The translations under genes and the position numbers were made by a program. From IMG/VR virus record IMGVR_UViG_3300027770_000025, positions 1-64,000 of that record: a stretch of DNA of 64,000 nucleotides, one strand, 5' to 3'. How positions within the stretch are numbered: the stretch's first letter is position 1; each line of letters opens with the position of its first letter. Positions 1 through 10,312 of this stretch are shown piece by piece. The notes beneath the pieces are model-generated. The model was given only the letters and a program-made list of their open reading frames with translations. It searched no databases and was not told the DNA's origin.

Positions 1-3000
1 TAGTTCCTGCTGATCCTGAAGTACCTGATGTACCACTAGTTCCTGAGGTTCCTGAAGTTCCGCTAGTTCCTGCTGATCCTGAAGTTCCACTAGTTCCTGC
101 TGATCCTGAGGTACCCGATGTACCACTGGTTCCTGATGTACCACTAGTTCCTGCTGATCCTGAAGTTCCGCTAGTTCCTGCTGATCCTGAAGTTCCGCTA
201 GTTCCTGCTGATCCTGAAGTACCCGATGTACCACTAGTTCCTGATGTACCACTAGTTCCTGCTGATCCTGAAGTACCTGATGTACCACTAGTTCCTGAGG
301 TTCCTGAAGTTCCACTAGTTCCTGAGGTTCCTGAAGTTCCGCTAGTTCCTGCTGATCCTGAAGTTCCGCTAGTTCCTGCTGATCCTGAAGTACCCGATGT
401 ACCACTAGTTCCTGAAGTTCCACTAGTTCCTGCTGATCCTGAAGTTCCACTAGTTCCTGCTGATCCTGAAGTTCCACTAGTTCCTGAAGTTCCACTAGTT
501 CCTGCTGATCCTGCTGATCCTGAAGTTCCTGCTGATCCTGAAGTACCACTAGTTCCTGAAGTACCCGATGTACCACTGGTTCCTGATGTACCACTAGTTC
601 CTGCTGATCCTGAAGTTCCACTAGTTCCTGAGGTTCCACTAGTTCCTGCTGATCCTGAAGTTCCTGAAGTTCCACTAGTTCCTGCTGATCCTGCTGATCC
701 TGAAGTACCTGATGTACCACTAGTTCCTGCTGATCCTGAAGTTCCGCTAGTTCCTGCTGATCCTGAGGTACCCGATGTACCACTAGTTCCCGAAGTTCCG
801 CTAGATCCGCTAGATCCTGTTTTTCCACTAGATCCTGCTGATCCTGCTGATCCTGAAGTTCCACTAGTTCCTGCTGATCCTGAGGTACCCGATGTACCAC
901 TAGTTCCTGAAGTTCCACTAGTTCCTGCTGATCCTGAAGTACCACTAGTTCCTGAAGTTCCACTAGATCCAGCAGCTCCATCAGACATCCAACTAACTGA
1001 ATAGGTTTCTGTTCCTCCCCACTGTCCATTCCCAACTACAAAAGTAAGAGGTATTGTCCAAAAGTTATTGAGGACGGTATAGAACAAGTTTCCAACTGTA
1101 AATATACCAAAAACACTAGTATCATTAACCTGCGTTATTTGTAAACGAGAAGGTTTACCCGCGGCTTGATTAGCATCTAAAGCATTAAACCAACCAGTAT
1201 ACGCTCCAGTTAAAGAAGAATCTGAAATATCTATTGATGTGGTATCGGCAAAATTAGCGTTGTCGCCAATGATAATACCGGAGCCCATCTCCGGTGGGTT
1301 ATTAGTCTCCCACCTTCCTGAGTTTGCACCATCAATTCCTGGATCCCCTTGAGATCCTTGAGCTCCCGATGTACCACTTGAACCGCTAGACCCCGATGTT
1401 CCTGAAGAACCGCTTGAACCTGAAGTTCCTGAAGAACCGCTAGTACCACTAGTTCCTGCTGATCCTGAAGTACCACTAGTTCCTGAAGTACCACTAGTTC
1501 CTGAAGTTCCACTAGTTCCACTAGTTCCTGCTGATCCTGATGTACCTGATGTACCACTAGTTCCTGAAGTTCCGCTAGTTCCTGCTGATCCTGAAGTACC
1601 ACTAGTTCCTGCTGATCCTGAAGTACCTGATGTACCACTAGTTCCTGAAGTTCCACTAGTTCCTGCTGATCCTGAAGTACCTGATGTACCACTAGTTCCT
1701 GAAGTTCCACTAGTTCCTGAAGTACCTGAAGTTCCACTAGTTCCTGAAGTTCCACTAGTACCTGCTGATCCCGAAGTACCTGAAGTTCCTGCTGATCCTG
1801 AAGTACCACTAGTTCCTGAAGTACCACTAGTTCCTGAAGTTCCACTAGTTCCACTAGTTCCTGCTGATCCTGATGTACCTGCTGATCCTGATGTACCTGA
1901 AGTTCCACTAGTTCCTGAAGTTCCTGCTGATCCTGAAGTACCTGCTGATCCTGAAGTACCTGCTGATCCTGAAGTACCACTAGTTCCTGAAGTACCTGAT
2001 GTACCACTAGTTCCTGCTGATCCTGAAGTTCCACTAGTTCCTGAAGTACCTGCTGATCCCGAAGTACCTGAAGTTCCTGCTGATCCTGAAGTACCACTAG
2101 TTCCTGAAGTACCACTAGTTCCTGAAGTTCCACTAGTTCCACTAGTTCCTGCTGATCCTGATGTACCTGCTGATCCTGATGTACCTGAAGTTCCACTAGT
2201 TCCTGAAGTTCCTGCTGATCCTGAAGTACCTGCTGATCCTGAAGTACCTGATGTACCACTAGTTCCTGAAGTTCCACTAGTTCCTGAAGTACCTGAAGTT
2301 CCACTAGTTCCTGCTGATCCTGAAGTACCTGCTGATCCTGAAGTACCACTAGTTCCTGAAGTACCTGAAGTACCACTAGTTCCTGCTGATCCTGAAGTAC
2401 CTGATGTACCACTAGTTCCTGAAGTTCCACTAGTTCCTGCTGATCCTGAAGTACCTGAAGTTCCTGCTGATCCTGAAGTACCACTAGTTCCTGAAGTACC
2501 ACTAGTTCCTGATGACCCATTAACCCCTGATGTTCCCGCTGATCCGGAATTTCCAGATGTACCACTAGATCCTGCAGTTCCATCTAGTCCGGCTATTCCT
2601 GAAGTACCTGCTGATCCTGAAGTACCACTAGTTCCTGAAGTTCCTGCTGATCCTGATGTACCACTAGTTCCTGATGATCCTGAAGTACCACTAGTTCCTG
2701 CTGATCCTGAAGTACCTGAGGTACCTGCTGATCCTGAAGTTCCTGATGTTCCTGCTGATCCTGAAGTTCCGCTAGTTCCTGATGTTCCTGCTGATCCTGA
2801 TGTACCGCTAGATCCGCTAGATCCTGTTTTTCCACTAGATCCTGCTGATCCTGCTGATCCTGAAGTTCCGCTAGTTCCTGCTGATCCTGAAGTACCCGAT
2901 GTACCACTAGTTCCTGAGGTTCCACTAGTTCCTGCTGATCCTGAAGTACCTGATGTACCACTAGTTCCTGAGGTTCCTGAAGTTCCGCTAGTTCCTGCTG

Positions 3001-6000
3001 ATCCTGAAGTTCCACTAGTTCCTGCTGATCCTGAGGTACCCGATGTACCACTAGTTCCTGAAGTTCCACTAGTTCCTGCTGATCCTGAAGTTCCTGATGT
3101 ACCACTAGTTCCTGAAGTTCCACTAGTTCCTGCTGATCCTGAAGTTCCGCTAGTTCCTGCTGATCCTGAAGTACCTGATGTACCACTAGTTCCTGAAGTT
3201 CCACTAGTTCCTGCTGATCCTGAAGTTCCGCTAGTTCCTGCTGATCCTGAAGTACCTGATGTACCACTAGTTCCTGAGGTTCCTGAAGTTCCGCTAGTTC
3301 CTGCTGATCCTGAAGTTCCACTAGTTCCTGCTGATCCTGAAGTACCTGATGTACCACTAGTTCCTGAGGTTCCACTAGTTCCTGCTGATCCTGAAGTTCC
3401 GCTAGTTCCTGCTGATCCTGAAGTACCTGATGTACCACTAGTTCCTGAGGTTCCACTAGTTCCTGCTGATCCTGAAGTTCCGCTAGTTCCTGCTGATCCT
3501 GAAGTACCACTAGTTCCTGCTGATCCTGAAGTACCTGATGTACCACTAGTTCCTGAAGTTCCACTAGTTCCTGAAGTTCCTGCTGATCCTGAAGTACCTG
3601 ATGTTCCACTAGTTCCTGATGATCCATTAACTCCTGAAGTTCCTGCTGATCCTGAAGTTCCTGCTGATCCTGAAGTTCCTGAAGTTCCTGAAGTTCCACT
3701 AGTTCCTGCTGATCCTGAGGTACCTGCTGATCCTGAGGTACCACTAGTTCCTGAAGTACCTGCTGATCCTGAGGTACCACTAGTTCCTGAAGTACCTGCT
3801 GATCCTGAGGTACCACTAGTTCCTGAGGTTCCACTAGTTCCTGATGATCCGTTAACTCCTGAAGTACCTGCTGATCCTGAAGTACCTGATGTACCACTAG
3901 TTCCTGAAGTTCCACTAGTTCCTGCTGATCCTGAAGTTCCTGAAGTTCCTGAAGTTCCTGCTGATCCTGAGGTACCACTAGTTCCTGCTGATCCTGAAGT
4001 TCCACTAGTTCCTGCTGATCCTGAAGTTCCACTAGTTCCTGATGATCCCGAAGTACCTGATGTACCACTAGTTCCTGAAGTTCCACTAGTTCCTGCTGAT
4101 CCTGAAGTTCCTGAAGTTCCTGAAGTTCCTGAAGTTCCTGAAGTTCCACTAGTTCCTGAAGTTCCACTAGTTCCTGATGATCCCGAAGTACCACTAGTTC
4201 CTGAAGTTCCACTAGTTCCTGAAGTACCTGCTGATCCTGAAGTTCCACTAGTTCCTGAGGTTCCACTAGTTCCTGATGATCCGTTAACTCCTGAAGTTCC
4301 TGCTGATCCTGAAGTTCCCGAAGAACCATTTGCTCCCGATGTTCCTGCTGATCCTGAAGTTCCTGAAGAACCACTTGCTCCTGATGTTCCTGCTGATCCT
4401 GAAGTTCCAGAAGAACCATCTGCTCCTGATGTTCCAGAAGAACCATCTGCTCCTGAAGTTCCAGAAGATCCACTTGCTCCTGAAGTTCCCGAAGAACCAT
4501 TTGCTCCCGATGTTCCTGCTGATCCTGAAGTTCCTGAAGAACCACTTGCTCCTGATGTTCCTGCTGATCCTGAAGTTCCAGAAGAACCATTTTCTCCTGA
4601 TGTTCCAGAAGATCCACTTACTCCTGATGTTCCAGAAGATCCACTTGCTCCTGAAGTTCCCGAAGAACCATTTGCTCCCGATGTTCCTGCTGATCCTGAA
4701 GTTCCTGAAGAACCACTTGCTCCTGATGTTCCTGCTGATCCTGAAGTTCCAGAAGAACCATTTTCTCCTGATGTTCCAGAAGATCCACTTGCTCCTGAAG
4801 TTCCCGAAGAACCATTTGCTCCCGATGTTCCTGCTGATCCTGAAGTTCCTGAAGAACCACTTACTCCTGATGTTCCTGCTGATCCTGAAGTTCCAGAAGA
4901 ACCATTTTCTCCTGATGTTCCAGAAGATCCACTTGCTCCTGATGTTCCAGAAGATCCACTTGCTCCTGAAGTTCCCGAAGAACCATTTGCTCCCGATGTT
5001 CCTGCTGATCCTGAAGTTCCTGAAGAACCACTTGCTCCTGATGTTCCTGCTGATCCTGAAGTTCCAGAAGAACCATTTTCTCCTGATGTTCCAGAAGATC
5101 CACTTGCTCCTGATGTTCCTGCTGATCCTGATGTTCCAGAAGATCCACTTGCTCCTGAAGTTCCCGAAGAACCACTTGCTCCTGATGTTCCCGAAGAACC
5201 ACTTGCTCCTGAAGTTCCTGCTGATCCTGATGTTCCCGAAGAACCATCTGCTCCTGATGTTCCCGAAGAACCGTTTTCTCCTGATGTTCCTGCTGATCCT
5301 GAAGTTCCTGAAGAACCACTTGCTCCTGATGTTCCTGCTGATCCTGAAGTTCCAGAAGAACCATCTGCTCCTGATGTTCCAGAAGAACCATCTGCTCCTG
5401 ATGTTCCCGAAGAACCATCTGCTCCTGAAGTTCCAGAAGATCCTGCTGCTCCTGATGTTCCTGCTGATCCTGATGTTCCAGAAGAACCATCTGCTCCTGA
5501 AGTTCCAGAAGAACCACTTGCTCCTGATGTTCCAGAAGATCCGTTTGCTCCTGATGTTCCAGAAGATCCATCTGCTCCTGAAGTTCCAGAAGATCCACTT
5601 GCTCCTGAAGTTCCCGAAGAACCATTTGCTCCCGATGTTCCTGCTGATCCTGAAGTTCCTGAAGAACCACTTGCTCCTGATGTTCCTGCTGATCCTGAAG
5701 TTCCAGAAGAACCATTTTCTCCTGATGTTCCAGAAGATCCACTTGCTCCTGATGTTCCTGCTGATCCTGATGTTCCAGAAGATCCACTTGCTCCTGATGT
5801 TCCCGAAGAACCACTTGCTCCTGAAGTTCCCGAAGAACCACTTGCTCCTGAAGTTCCTGCTGATCCTGATGTTCCCGAAGAACCATTTGCTCCTGAAGTT
5901 CCCGAAGAACCGTTTGCTCCTGAAGTTCCAGAAGAACCACTTGCTCCTGAAGTTCCCGAAGAACCACTTGCTCCTGAAGTTCCCGAAGAACCACTTGCTC

Positions 6001-6868
6001 CTGATGTTCCTGCTGATCCTGAAGTTCCAGAAGAACCATCTGCTCCTGATGTTCCCGAAGAACCATCTGCTCCTGAAGTTCCAGAAGATCCTGCTGCTCC
6101 TGAAGTTCCAGAAGTTCCAGAAGATCCTGCTGATCCTGATGTTCCTGCTGATCCTGATGTTCCAGAAGAACCATCTGCTCCTGATGTTCCCGAAGAACCA
6201 TCTGCTCCTGAAGTTCCAGAAGATCCTGCTGCTCCTGAAGTTCCAGAAGATCCTGCTGCTCCTGATGTTCCTGCTGATCCTGATGTTCCAGAAGAACCAC
6301 TTGCTCCTGAAGTTCCAGAAGATCCACTTGCTCCTGATGTTCCAGAAGATCCACTTGCTCCTGATGTTCCAGAAGATCCACTTGCCCCTGAAGTTCCCGA
6401 AGAACCACTTGCTCCTGATGTTCCCGAAGAACCACTTGCTCCTGAAGTTCCTGCTGATCCTGATGTTCCCGAAGAACCGTTTGCTCCTGATGTTCCCGAA
6501 GAACCGTTTGCTCCTGATGTTCCCGAAGAACCACTTGCTCCTGATGTTCCCGAGGAACCTGCTGCTCCTGATGTTCCCGAGGAACCTGCTGCTCCTGATG
6601 TTCCCGAGGAACCTGCTGCTCCTGATGTTCCCGAAGAACCACTTGCTCCTGAAGTTCCTGCTGATCCTGATGTTCCCGAAGAACCATTTGCTCCTGAAGT
6701 TCCCGAAGAACCGTTTGCTCCTGATGTTCCCGAAGAACCTGCTGCTCCTGATGTTCCCGAAGAACCTGCTGCTCCTGATGTTCCCGAGGAACCTGCTGCT
6801 CCTGATGTTCCCGAAGAACCACTTGCTCCTGAAATACCACTAGTTCCACTGCTTCCACTTCCCGTTCC
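1..6868 (-). repeat. 9-nt period coding repeat (e.g. GGAACTAGT, GGATCAGCA, GGAACTTCA) interrupted at ~980-1330
   Basis: Directly visible tandem 9-mers. Unit composition switches near 4320, from GAS/GAN/GEN/GAD+GSS to GTS/GSA. Confidence 0.95.
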
Positions 6869-7798
6869 TCCTGATATAGTTATTGTGGTATATCCGCTAG
6901 AATCAGTTACAGACGAAACGCCAGATCCAGTAAAGTTTAGACCAGTAACACCTACTCCTATCTGGGATCCACTAGAATAAGTATTTATAGCAGATCCTGA
7001 TCCCCCTGATCCACCAGGTATTGTAACCGTTACCGTATTGTATTGATCCCCAGTTTCAGTTACTGTAACACCAGCACCGGTAAATCCGACATACCAAGCT
7101 CCGTTGAAATGCTGTCCCGTTTGTCCAATGATTACTGGAACATAATCAGAAATTGCAAGTACGTCTATATTATAAGCAGCCTCTGCTATACCAGCTGGTA
7201 GATCCGGATATACATCATTCGAAACAGCATTTTGATATGTCCTATAATCAGATTGCTGAGATATTGCACTATAAGTAGCATTAGTAGGTACTCTATTAAG
7301 AGAACTGTATGCACCATCCTCATCATAAGTACAGAAGAAATTAATGTATTGATAAGATGGTTTATCGGTTATTTTGTTAATTACAAAGGTATTAAATACC
7401 CCCGAAATAGGATTAAATGATCCAGCATCTGTTGCTATGTTTGTAACTAAAAAACCCTCCAATAAATCAGCAGTTGTATAAATGCCGTTTACCTCAAGAT
7501 AAGTTCCTTCACAATAAAATACGCCGTCACCACACGATGTGGTAATGGTAACACCAGTATTAGTTGCTGTTCCATTGGCGGACATTACGAATGAAGAAGC
7601 ACCGTAATTAACAGAAATTACGGTAGTTGATGAGGGAATTCCTGTACCTGTTACAGCAAGACCTGGTATAATGAGATTAATATTAGATACGCTAGTAACT
7701 ACATTACTTCCGTTTGATACGTTTCCTGTTATCTGTGGTCCGTTGGTAAAAAATTCAGGTATAAATAATTGACCGGTTATTCTAGGTTGACTCCCCAT
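1..7798 (-). CDS. Giant Gly-X-Y (Ser/Thr-rich) repeat fibre protein, >=2599 aa, 3' end outside window
   Basis: ATG at 7798 (MGSQPRITGQLFIPEFF...). The frame was spot-checked at 7798, ~2580, ~1370 and position 4 and stays in phase. ~310-aa unique N-terminus, then GTS/GSA/GSS/GAS/GAN triplets, with a ~120-aa globular insert at ~980-1330. Absent from the ORF track because no stop lies in the window; the track's ELQ/QDQQ ORFs are its shadows. Confidence 0.9.
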   Translation of the reverse strand, partial: MGSQPRITGQLFIPEFFTNGPQITGNVSNGSNVVTSVSNINLIIPGLAVTGTGIPSSTTVISVNYGASSFVMSANGTATNTGVTITTSCGDGVFYCEGTYLEVNGIYTTADLLEGFLVTNIATDAGSFNPISGVFNTFVINKITDKPSYQYINFFCTYDEDGAYSSLNRVPTNATYSAISQQSDYRTYQNAVSNDVYPDLPAGIAEAAYNIDVLAISDYVPVIIGQTGQHFNGAWYVGFTGAGVTVTETGDQYNTVTVTIPGGSGGSGSAINTYSSGSQIGVGVTGLNFTGSGVSSVTDSSGYTTITISGGTGSGSSGTSGISGASGSSGTSGAAGSSGTSGAAGSSGTSGAAGSSGTSGANGSSGTSGANGSSGTSGSAGTSGASGSSGTSGAAGSSGTSGAAGSSGTSGAAGSSGTSGASGSSGTSGANGSSGTSGANGSSGTSGSAGTSGASGSSGTSGASGSSGTSGASGSSGTSGASGSSGTSGASGSSGTSGASGSSGTSGSAGTSGAAGSSGTSGAAGSSGTSGADGSSGTSGADGSSGTSGSAGTSGSAGSSGTSGTSGAAGSSGTSGADGSSGTSGADGSSGTSGSAGTSGASGSSGTSGASGSSGTSGASGSSGTSGANGSSGTSGANGSSGTSGSAGTSGASGSSGTSGASGSSGTSGASGSSGTSGSAGTSGASGSSGTSGENGSSGTSGSAGTSGASGSSGTSGSAGTSGANGSSGTSGASGSSGTSGADGSSGTSGANGSSGTSGASGSSGTSGADGSSGTSGSAGTSGAAGSSGTSGADGSSGTSGADGSSGTSGADGSSGTSGSAGTSGASGSSGTSGSAGTSGENGSSGTSGADGSSGTSGSAGTSGASGSSGTSGASGSSGTSGASGSSGTSGSAGTSGASGSSGTSGENGSSGTSGSAGTSGASGSSGTSGSAGTSGANGSSGTSGASGSSGTSGASGSSGTSGENGSSGTSGSAGTSGVSGSSGTSGSAGTSGANGSSGTSGASGSSGTSGENGSSGTSGSAGTSGASGSSGTSGSAGTSGANGSSGTSGASGSSGTSGVSGSSGTSGENGSSGTSGSAGTSGASGSSGTSGSAGTSGANGSSGTSGASGSSGTSGADGSSGTSGADGSSGTSGSAGTSGASGSSGTSGSAGTSGANGSSGTSGSAGTSGVNGSSGTSGTSGTSGTSGSAGTSGTSGTSGTSGTSGSSGTSGTSGTSGTSGTSGTSGTSGTSGSAGTSGTSGTSGTSGTSGSSGTSGTSGSAGTSGTSGSAGTSGTSGSAGTSGTSGTSGSAGTSGTSGTSGTSGTSGSAGTSGVNGSSGTSGTSGTSGTSGSAGTSGTSGTSGSAGTSGTSGTSGSAGTSGSAGTSGTSGTSGTSGSAGTSGSAGTSGVNGSSGTSGTSGTSGSAGTSGTSGTSGTSGTSGTSGSAGTSGTSGSAGTSGTSGSAGTSGTSGTSGTSGTSGSAGTSGTSGSAGTSGTSGTSGTSGTSGSAGTSGTSGSAGTSGTSGTSGTSGTSGTSGSAGTSGTSGSAGTSGTSGTSGTSGTSGSAGTSGTSGSAGTSGTSGTSGTSGTSGSAGTSGTSGTSGTSGTSGSAGTSGTSGSAGTSGTSGTSGTSGTSGTSGSAGTSGTSGTSGTSGTSGSAGTSGTSGSAGSAGSSGKTGSSGSSGTSGSAGTSGTSGTSGSAGTSGTSGSAGTSGTSGSAGTSGTSGSSGTSGTSGSAGTSGTSGTSGSAGTSGIAGLDGTAGSSGTSGNSGSAGTSGVNGSSGTSGTSGTSGTSGSAGTSGTSGSAGTSGTSGTSGTSGTSGSAGTSGTSGTSGTSGTSGSAGTSGSAGTSGTSGTSGTSGTSGTSGTSGTSGSAGTSGSAGTSGTSGTSGTSGSAGTSGSAGTSGTSGTSGTSGTSGTSGTSGSAGTSGTSGSAGTSGTSGTSGSAGTSGTSGTSGTSGTSGSAGTSGSAGTSGSAGTSGTSGTSGTSGSAGTSGSAGTSGTSGTSGTSGTSGTSGTSGSAGTSGTSGSAGTSGTSGTSGTSGTSGTSGTSGTSGTSGTSGSAGTSGTSGTSGTSGTSGSAGTSGTSGSAGTSGTSGTSGTSGTSGSAGTSGTSGTSGTSGTSGTSGTSGSAGTSGTSGSSGTSGSSGSSGTSGSSGSSGTSGAQGSQGDPGIDGANSGRWETNNPPEMGSGIIIGDNANFADTTSIDISDSSLTGAYTGWFNALDANQAAGKPSRLQITQVNDTSVFGIFTVGNLFYTVLNNFWTIPLTFVVGNGQWGGTETYSVSWMSDGAAGSSGTSGTSGTSGSAGTSGTSGTSGTSGTSGSAGTSGTSGSAGSAGSSGKTGSSGSSGTSGTSGTSGTSGSAGTSGTSGSAGTSGTSGTSGSAGSAGTSGTSGTSGSAGTSGTSGTSGTSGSAGTSGTSGTSGTSGTSGTSGTSGSAGTSGSAGSAGTSGTSGTSGTSGSAGTSGTSGSAGTSGTSGTSGTSGTSGSAGTSGTSGSAGTSGTSGTSGTSGTSGTSGTSGTSGTSGSAGTSGTSGTSGTSGTSGSAGTSGTSGSAGTSGTSGSAGTSGTSGTSGTSGTSGSAGTSGTSGSAGTSGTSGTSGTSGTSGTSGSAGT

Positions 7799-7810
7799 GT
7801 TTCTTTTATT

Positions 7811-10180
7811 TTAAAATTGCGCTCTTATATTTCTATCACCTGTTGAAAGAGCAGCCCAAACAAATACATTAGGCGTAGAAGTAAGTGTCATTGTTGCATT
7901 TATAGTTGCCCCTGCTGTTGTATAAACTCTCCAAACGGGAGCATATGAATTATAGATTGCATCATTCTGTCCTGCCCCGTTTGCTGATGATTGCGGTGTT
8001 GTTAGTGTGTATGTACTATTCATGGAGTCAGAAATAAGCATGCTCATGAGTTGAACATCACCACCAGAAGGGGCTACTATAGTTGAACCTGTTGCAGTAA
8101 CTGAAGAAGATGTAAATCCTAAGGAGTAAGCTGCTGAAGATCCTGAGGATGATCCGCTGTTCGCGGTAGCTACTGAGAATGAGTTTGCATCTATATAGGT
8201 AATGGTACCATTAAAGTTATCAGCATTTGCATTTCTTACTATGATCATATCTCCATTACTTCTTCCGTGAGAGGTGTGGGTAATCGTTAATGTTGTTGTT
8301 GATCTAGTCCACGAAAGTCCAGTATAAACTGTTGAACTAGATTCCATCCATATTTGCGCGTTTCCTGAAAGATATGTTCTGTACCTGGAAACCGTATTAT
8401 ATATGGTAGAGGATCCTCCAGATGCGTTTGATCCAGTAGGACCGGTAGGACCAGTTATACTAACTCCCGAAGTTCCTGATGATCCCGAGGCTCCCTGTAC
8501 TCCGAAATTTCCCGTTATTGAAAAACTCCATGACGCATAGGTATTACCCGCATTGCTGGCTGAAGTAACATTTATCGTTAAAGATGTTCCTGAGAATGCG
8601 GTGATGTCGCCTTCCATAAAGTTGTCGGCTACTGCAAAGGCTCTAACTCTCTCACCTACTTGGAATGCAGTTTGTGTATTTGATAAGTTTGTTGTCCATG
8701 TTTTACTTCCTGATCCTACTATAATATTAGAAGTAGTTGAAGTTAATCCATAATATCCTATACCTTGTGCTCCTGAAGTTCCTGCTGATCCTGAAGAACC
8801 TGAAGTTCCGCTAGTTCCTGATGTACCACTAGATCCTGAAGTTCCGCTAGTTCCTGATGAACCGTTAGAGCCTGATGTTCCACTAGATCCATTAACTCCT
8901 GATGTTCCACTAGATCCAGAAATTCCAGTGTAACCCTGAAGATTAACATTCCATACGCTGTAAGGATTTCCTGAGCCTATTTCATAACTACATAAAATAG
9001 TCATAGATCCCGTACCTGAATTATATGCTGTTACTAATCCAACAAATAATCCTACGGAGTTATTATAAACAGACACCGTTTCACCACCGGTAGAATTATA
9101 AGAAAGTCCAGTCCCAACAGTGATAGTTACACTATTTCCTACGGTTGGTATTGTCGTTGTGCTAACACTGGTTGTTTGATATAAACTTGCTCCATTAACC
9201 CCCGATGTTCCACTAGATCCGGAAGATCCTGATGAGCCAGAAGATCCTGATGTTCCTGAAGTCCCGGAAGATCCTGATGATCCTGATGATCCCGATGATC
9301 CCGAAGTTCCGCTAGTTCCAGATGATCCATTAGAACCCGATGTTCCTGATGAGCCACTAGAACCTGATGTTCCTGATGAACCGCTAGATCCAGATCTTCC
9401 TGATGATCCTGATGATCCTGATGATCCCGAGGTTCCGCTAGTTCCAGATGATCCATTAGAACCCGATGTTCCTGATGAACCGTTAGAACCGGATGTTCCT
9501 GATGACCCATCAATACCAGATGTTCCTGATGAACCGCTAGATCCAGAGCTTCCTGCTGATCCTGAAGTTCCTGCTGATCCTGAAGTTCCACTAGTTCCAG
9601 AGGAACCATCAACACCAGATGTTCCCGACGAACCGCTAGATCCAGAGGTTCCTGATGATCCTGAGGTACCACTAGTTCCTGAAGTTCCTGATGTTCCAGC
9701 TGATCCTGAAGATCCTGAAGATCCTGAAGATCCGCTAGTTCCTGAAGATCCATCAACACCGGATGTTCCTGATGAACCACTAGACCCAGAGCTTCCTGAA
9801 GTTCCACTAGTTCCTGCTGATCCTGAAGTTCCGCTAGTTCCTGCTGATCCTGAAGTTCCGCTAGTTCCTGCAGACCCTGAAGATCCACTAGATCCTGATG
9901 ACCCTGAGGTTCCACTAGTTCCTGAAGATCCTGAAGAGCCATCAAAACCACTAGTTCCTGAAGATCCATATGCCGGACCTTGAGGTCCTTGTGGACCCAC
10001 AGGTCCAGATGGACCGGTTACCCCTTCTATATAAGGTAGATCGTTCCATGGTTTTTGGCCATCCCCAATTTTTAATCTTCCTGTGTCTGATTCAACCCCA
10101 GGCTCTCCGAGCATCAAAACCGGATCATTATAAGACCAGTTTATCGAAAAGTCCCTTCTTAATAATATTCTGTATGGCAT
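7811..10180 (-). CDS. Fibre protein: Mtd_N/hyaluronidase-type N-terminal domain, G-S-S/G-T-S repeat, two tandem beta modules, C-terminal domain
   Basis: N-terminus RILLRRD..W...DPVL..GEPG.ESDTGRLKIGDG...W..LPY; ~270 aa of Gly-X-Y; two related ~85-aa modules ending YSVWNVNLQG and YASWSFSITG. Confidence 0.8.
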   Translation of the reverse strand: MPYRILLRRDFSINWSYNDPVLMLGEPGVESDTGRLKIGDGQKPWNDLPYIEGVTGPSGPVGPQGPQGPAYGSSGTSGFDGSSGSSGTSGTSGSSGSSGSSGSAGTSGTSGSAGTSGTSGSAGTSGTSGSSGSSGSSGTSGVDGSSGTSGSSGSSGSSGSAGTSGTSGTSGTSGSSGTSGSSGSSGTSGVDGSSGTSGTSGSAGTSGSAGSSGSSGSSGTSGIDGSSGTSGSNGSSGTSGSNGSSGTSGTSGSSGSSGSSGRSGSSGSSGTSGSSGSSGTSGSNGSSGTSGTSGSSGSSGSSGSSGTSGTSGSSGSSGSSGSSGTSGVNGASLYQTTSVSTTTIPTVGNSVTITVGTGLSYNSTGGETVSVYNNSVGLFVGLVTAYNSGTGSMTILCSYEIGSGNPYSVWNVNLQGYTGISGSSGTSGVNGSSGTSGSNGSSGTSGTSGSSGTSGTSGTSGSSGSAGTSGAQGIGYYGLTSTTSNIIVGSGSKTWTTNLSNTQTAFQVGERVRAFAVADNFMEGDITAFSGTSLTINVTSASNAGNTYASWSFSITGNFGVQGASGSSGTSGVSITGPTGPTGSNASGGSSTIYNTVSRYRTYLSGNAQIWMESSSTVYTGLSWTRSTTTLTITHTSHGRSNGDMIIVRNANADNFNGTITYIDANSFSVATANSGSSSGSSAAYSLGFTSSSVTATGSTIVAPSGGDVQLMSMLISDSMNSTYTLTTPQSSANGAGQNDAIYNSYAPVWRVYTTAGATINATMTLTSTPNVFVWAALSTGDRNIRAQF

Positions 10181-10210
10181 CTAGGTTAACCTATTATGTT
10201 TATTTGTTTA

Positions 10211-10220
10211 GTATATATTC
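10211..10220 (-). promoter_or_regulatory. Putative late promoter (GAATATATAC)
   Basis: The same ATATATA core precedes many structural-type genes: also 11163, 12883, 22507, 43935, 47489, 61663 on minus and 56339, 57958, 58511, 60607 on plus. Confidence 0.6.
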
Positions 10221-10264
10221 TCATTCTTAAAATCTATATACGTCTAACTAGTTTTATATATCAC

Positions 10265-10292
10265 AAAAAAAGACCCGGTGTTACGGGTCTTT
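10265..10292 (-). terminator. Rho-independent terminator
   Basis: AAAGACCCG/CGGGTCTTT stem with U-tract on minus, just downstream of the 10313 gene. Confidence 0.75.
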
Positions 10293-10312
10293 ATAAAATG
10301 TTATTTATTTCA

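Noticed and set aside
1231-6858. Long ORFs in the track (ELQ/QDQQ on minus; 837-aa LLLMF/KNH ORF on plus), and likewise 8758-9969 and 43195-43668
   Set aside because: They are alternative-frame or antisense shadows of 9-nt Gly-X-Y repeats that happen to lack stops. The unique N-terminal and insert domains are in the Gly-X-Y frame.
1-6868. CRISPR array or satellite DNA
   Set aside because: No unique spacers; the 9-nt units vary at synonymous positions, as expected for coding repeats.
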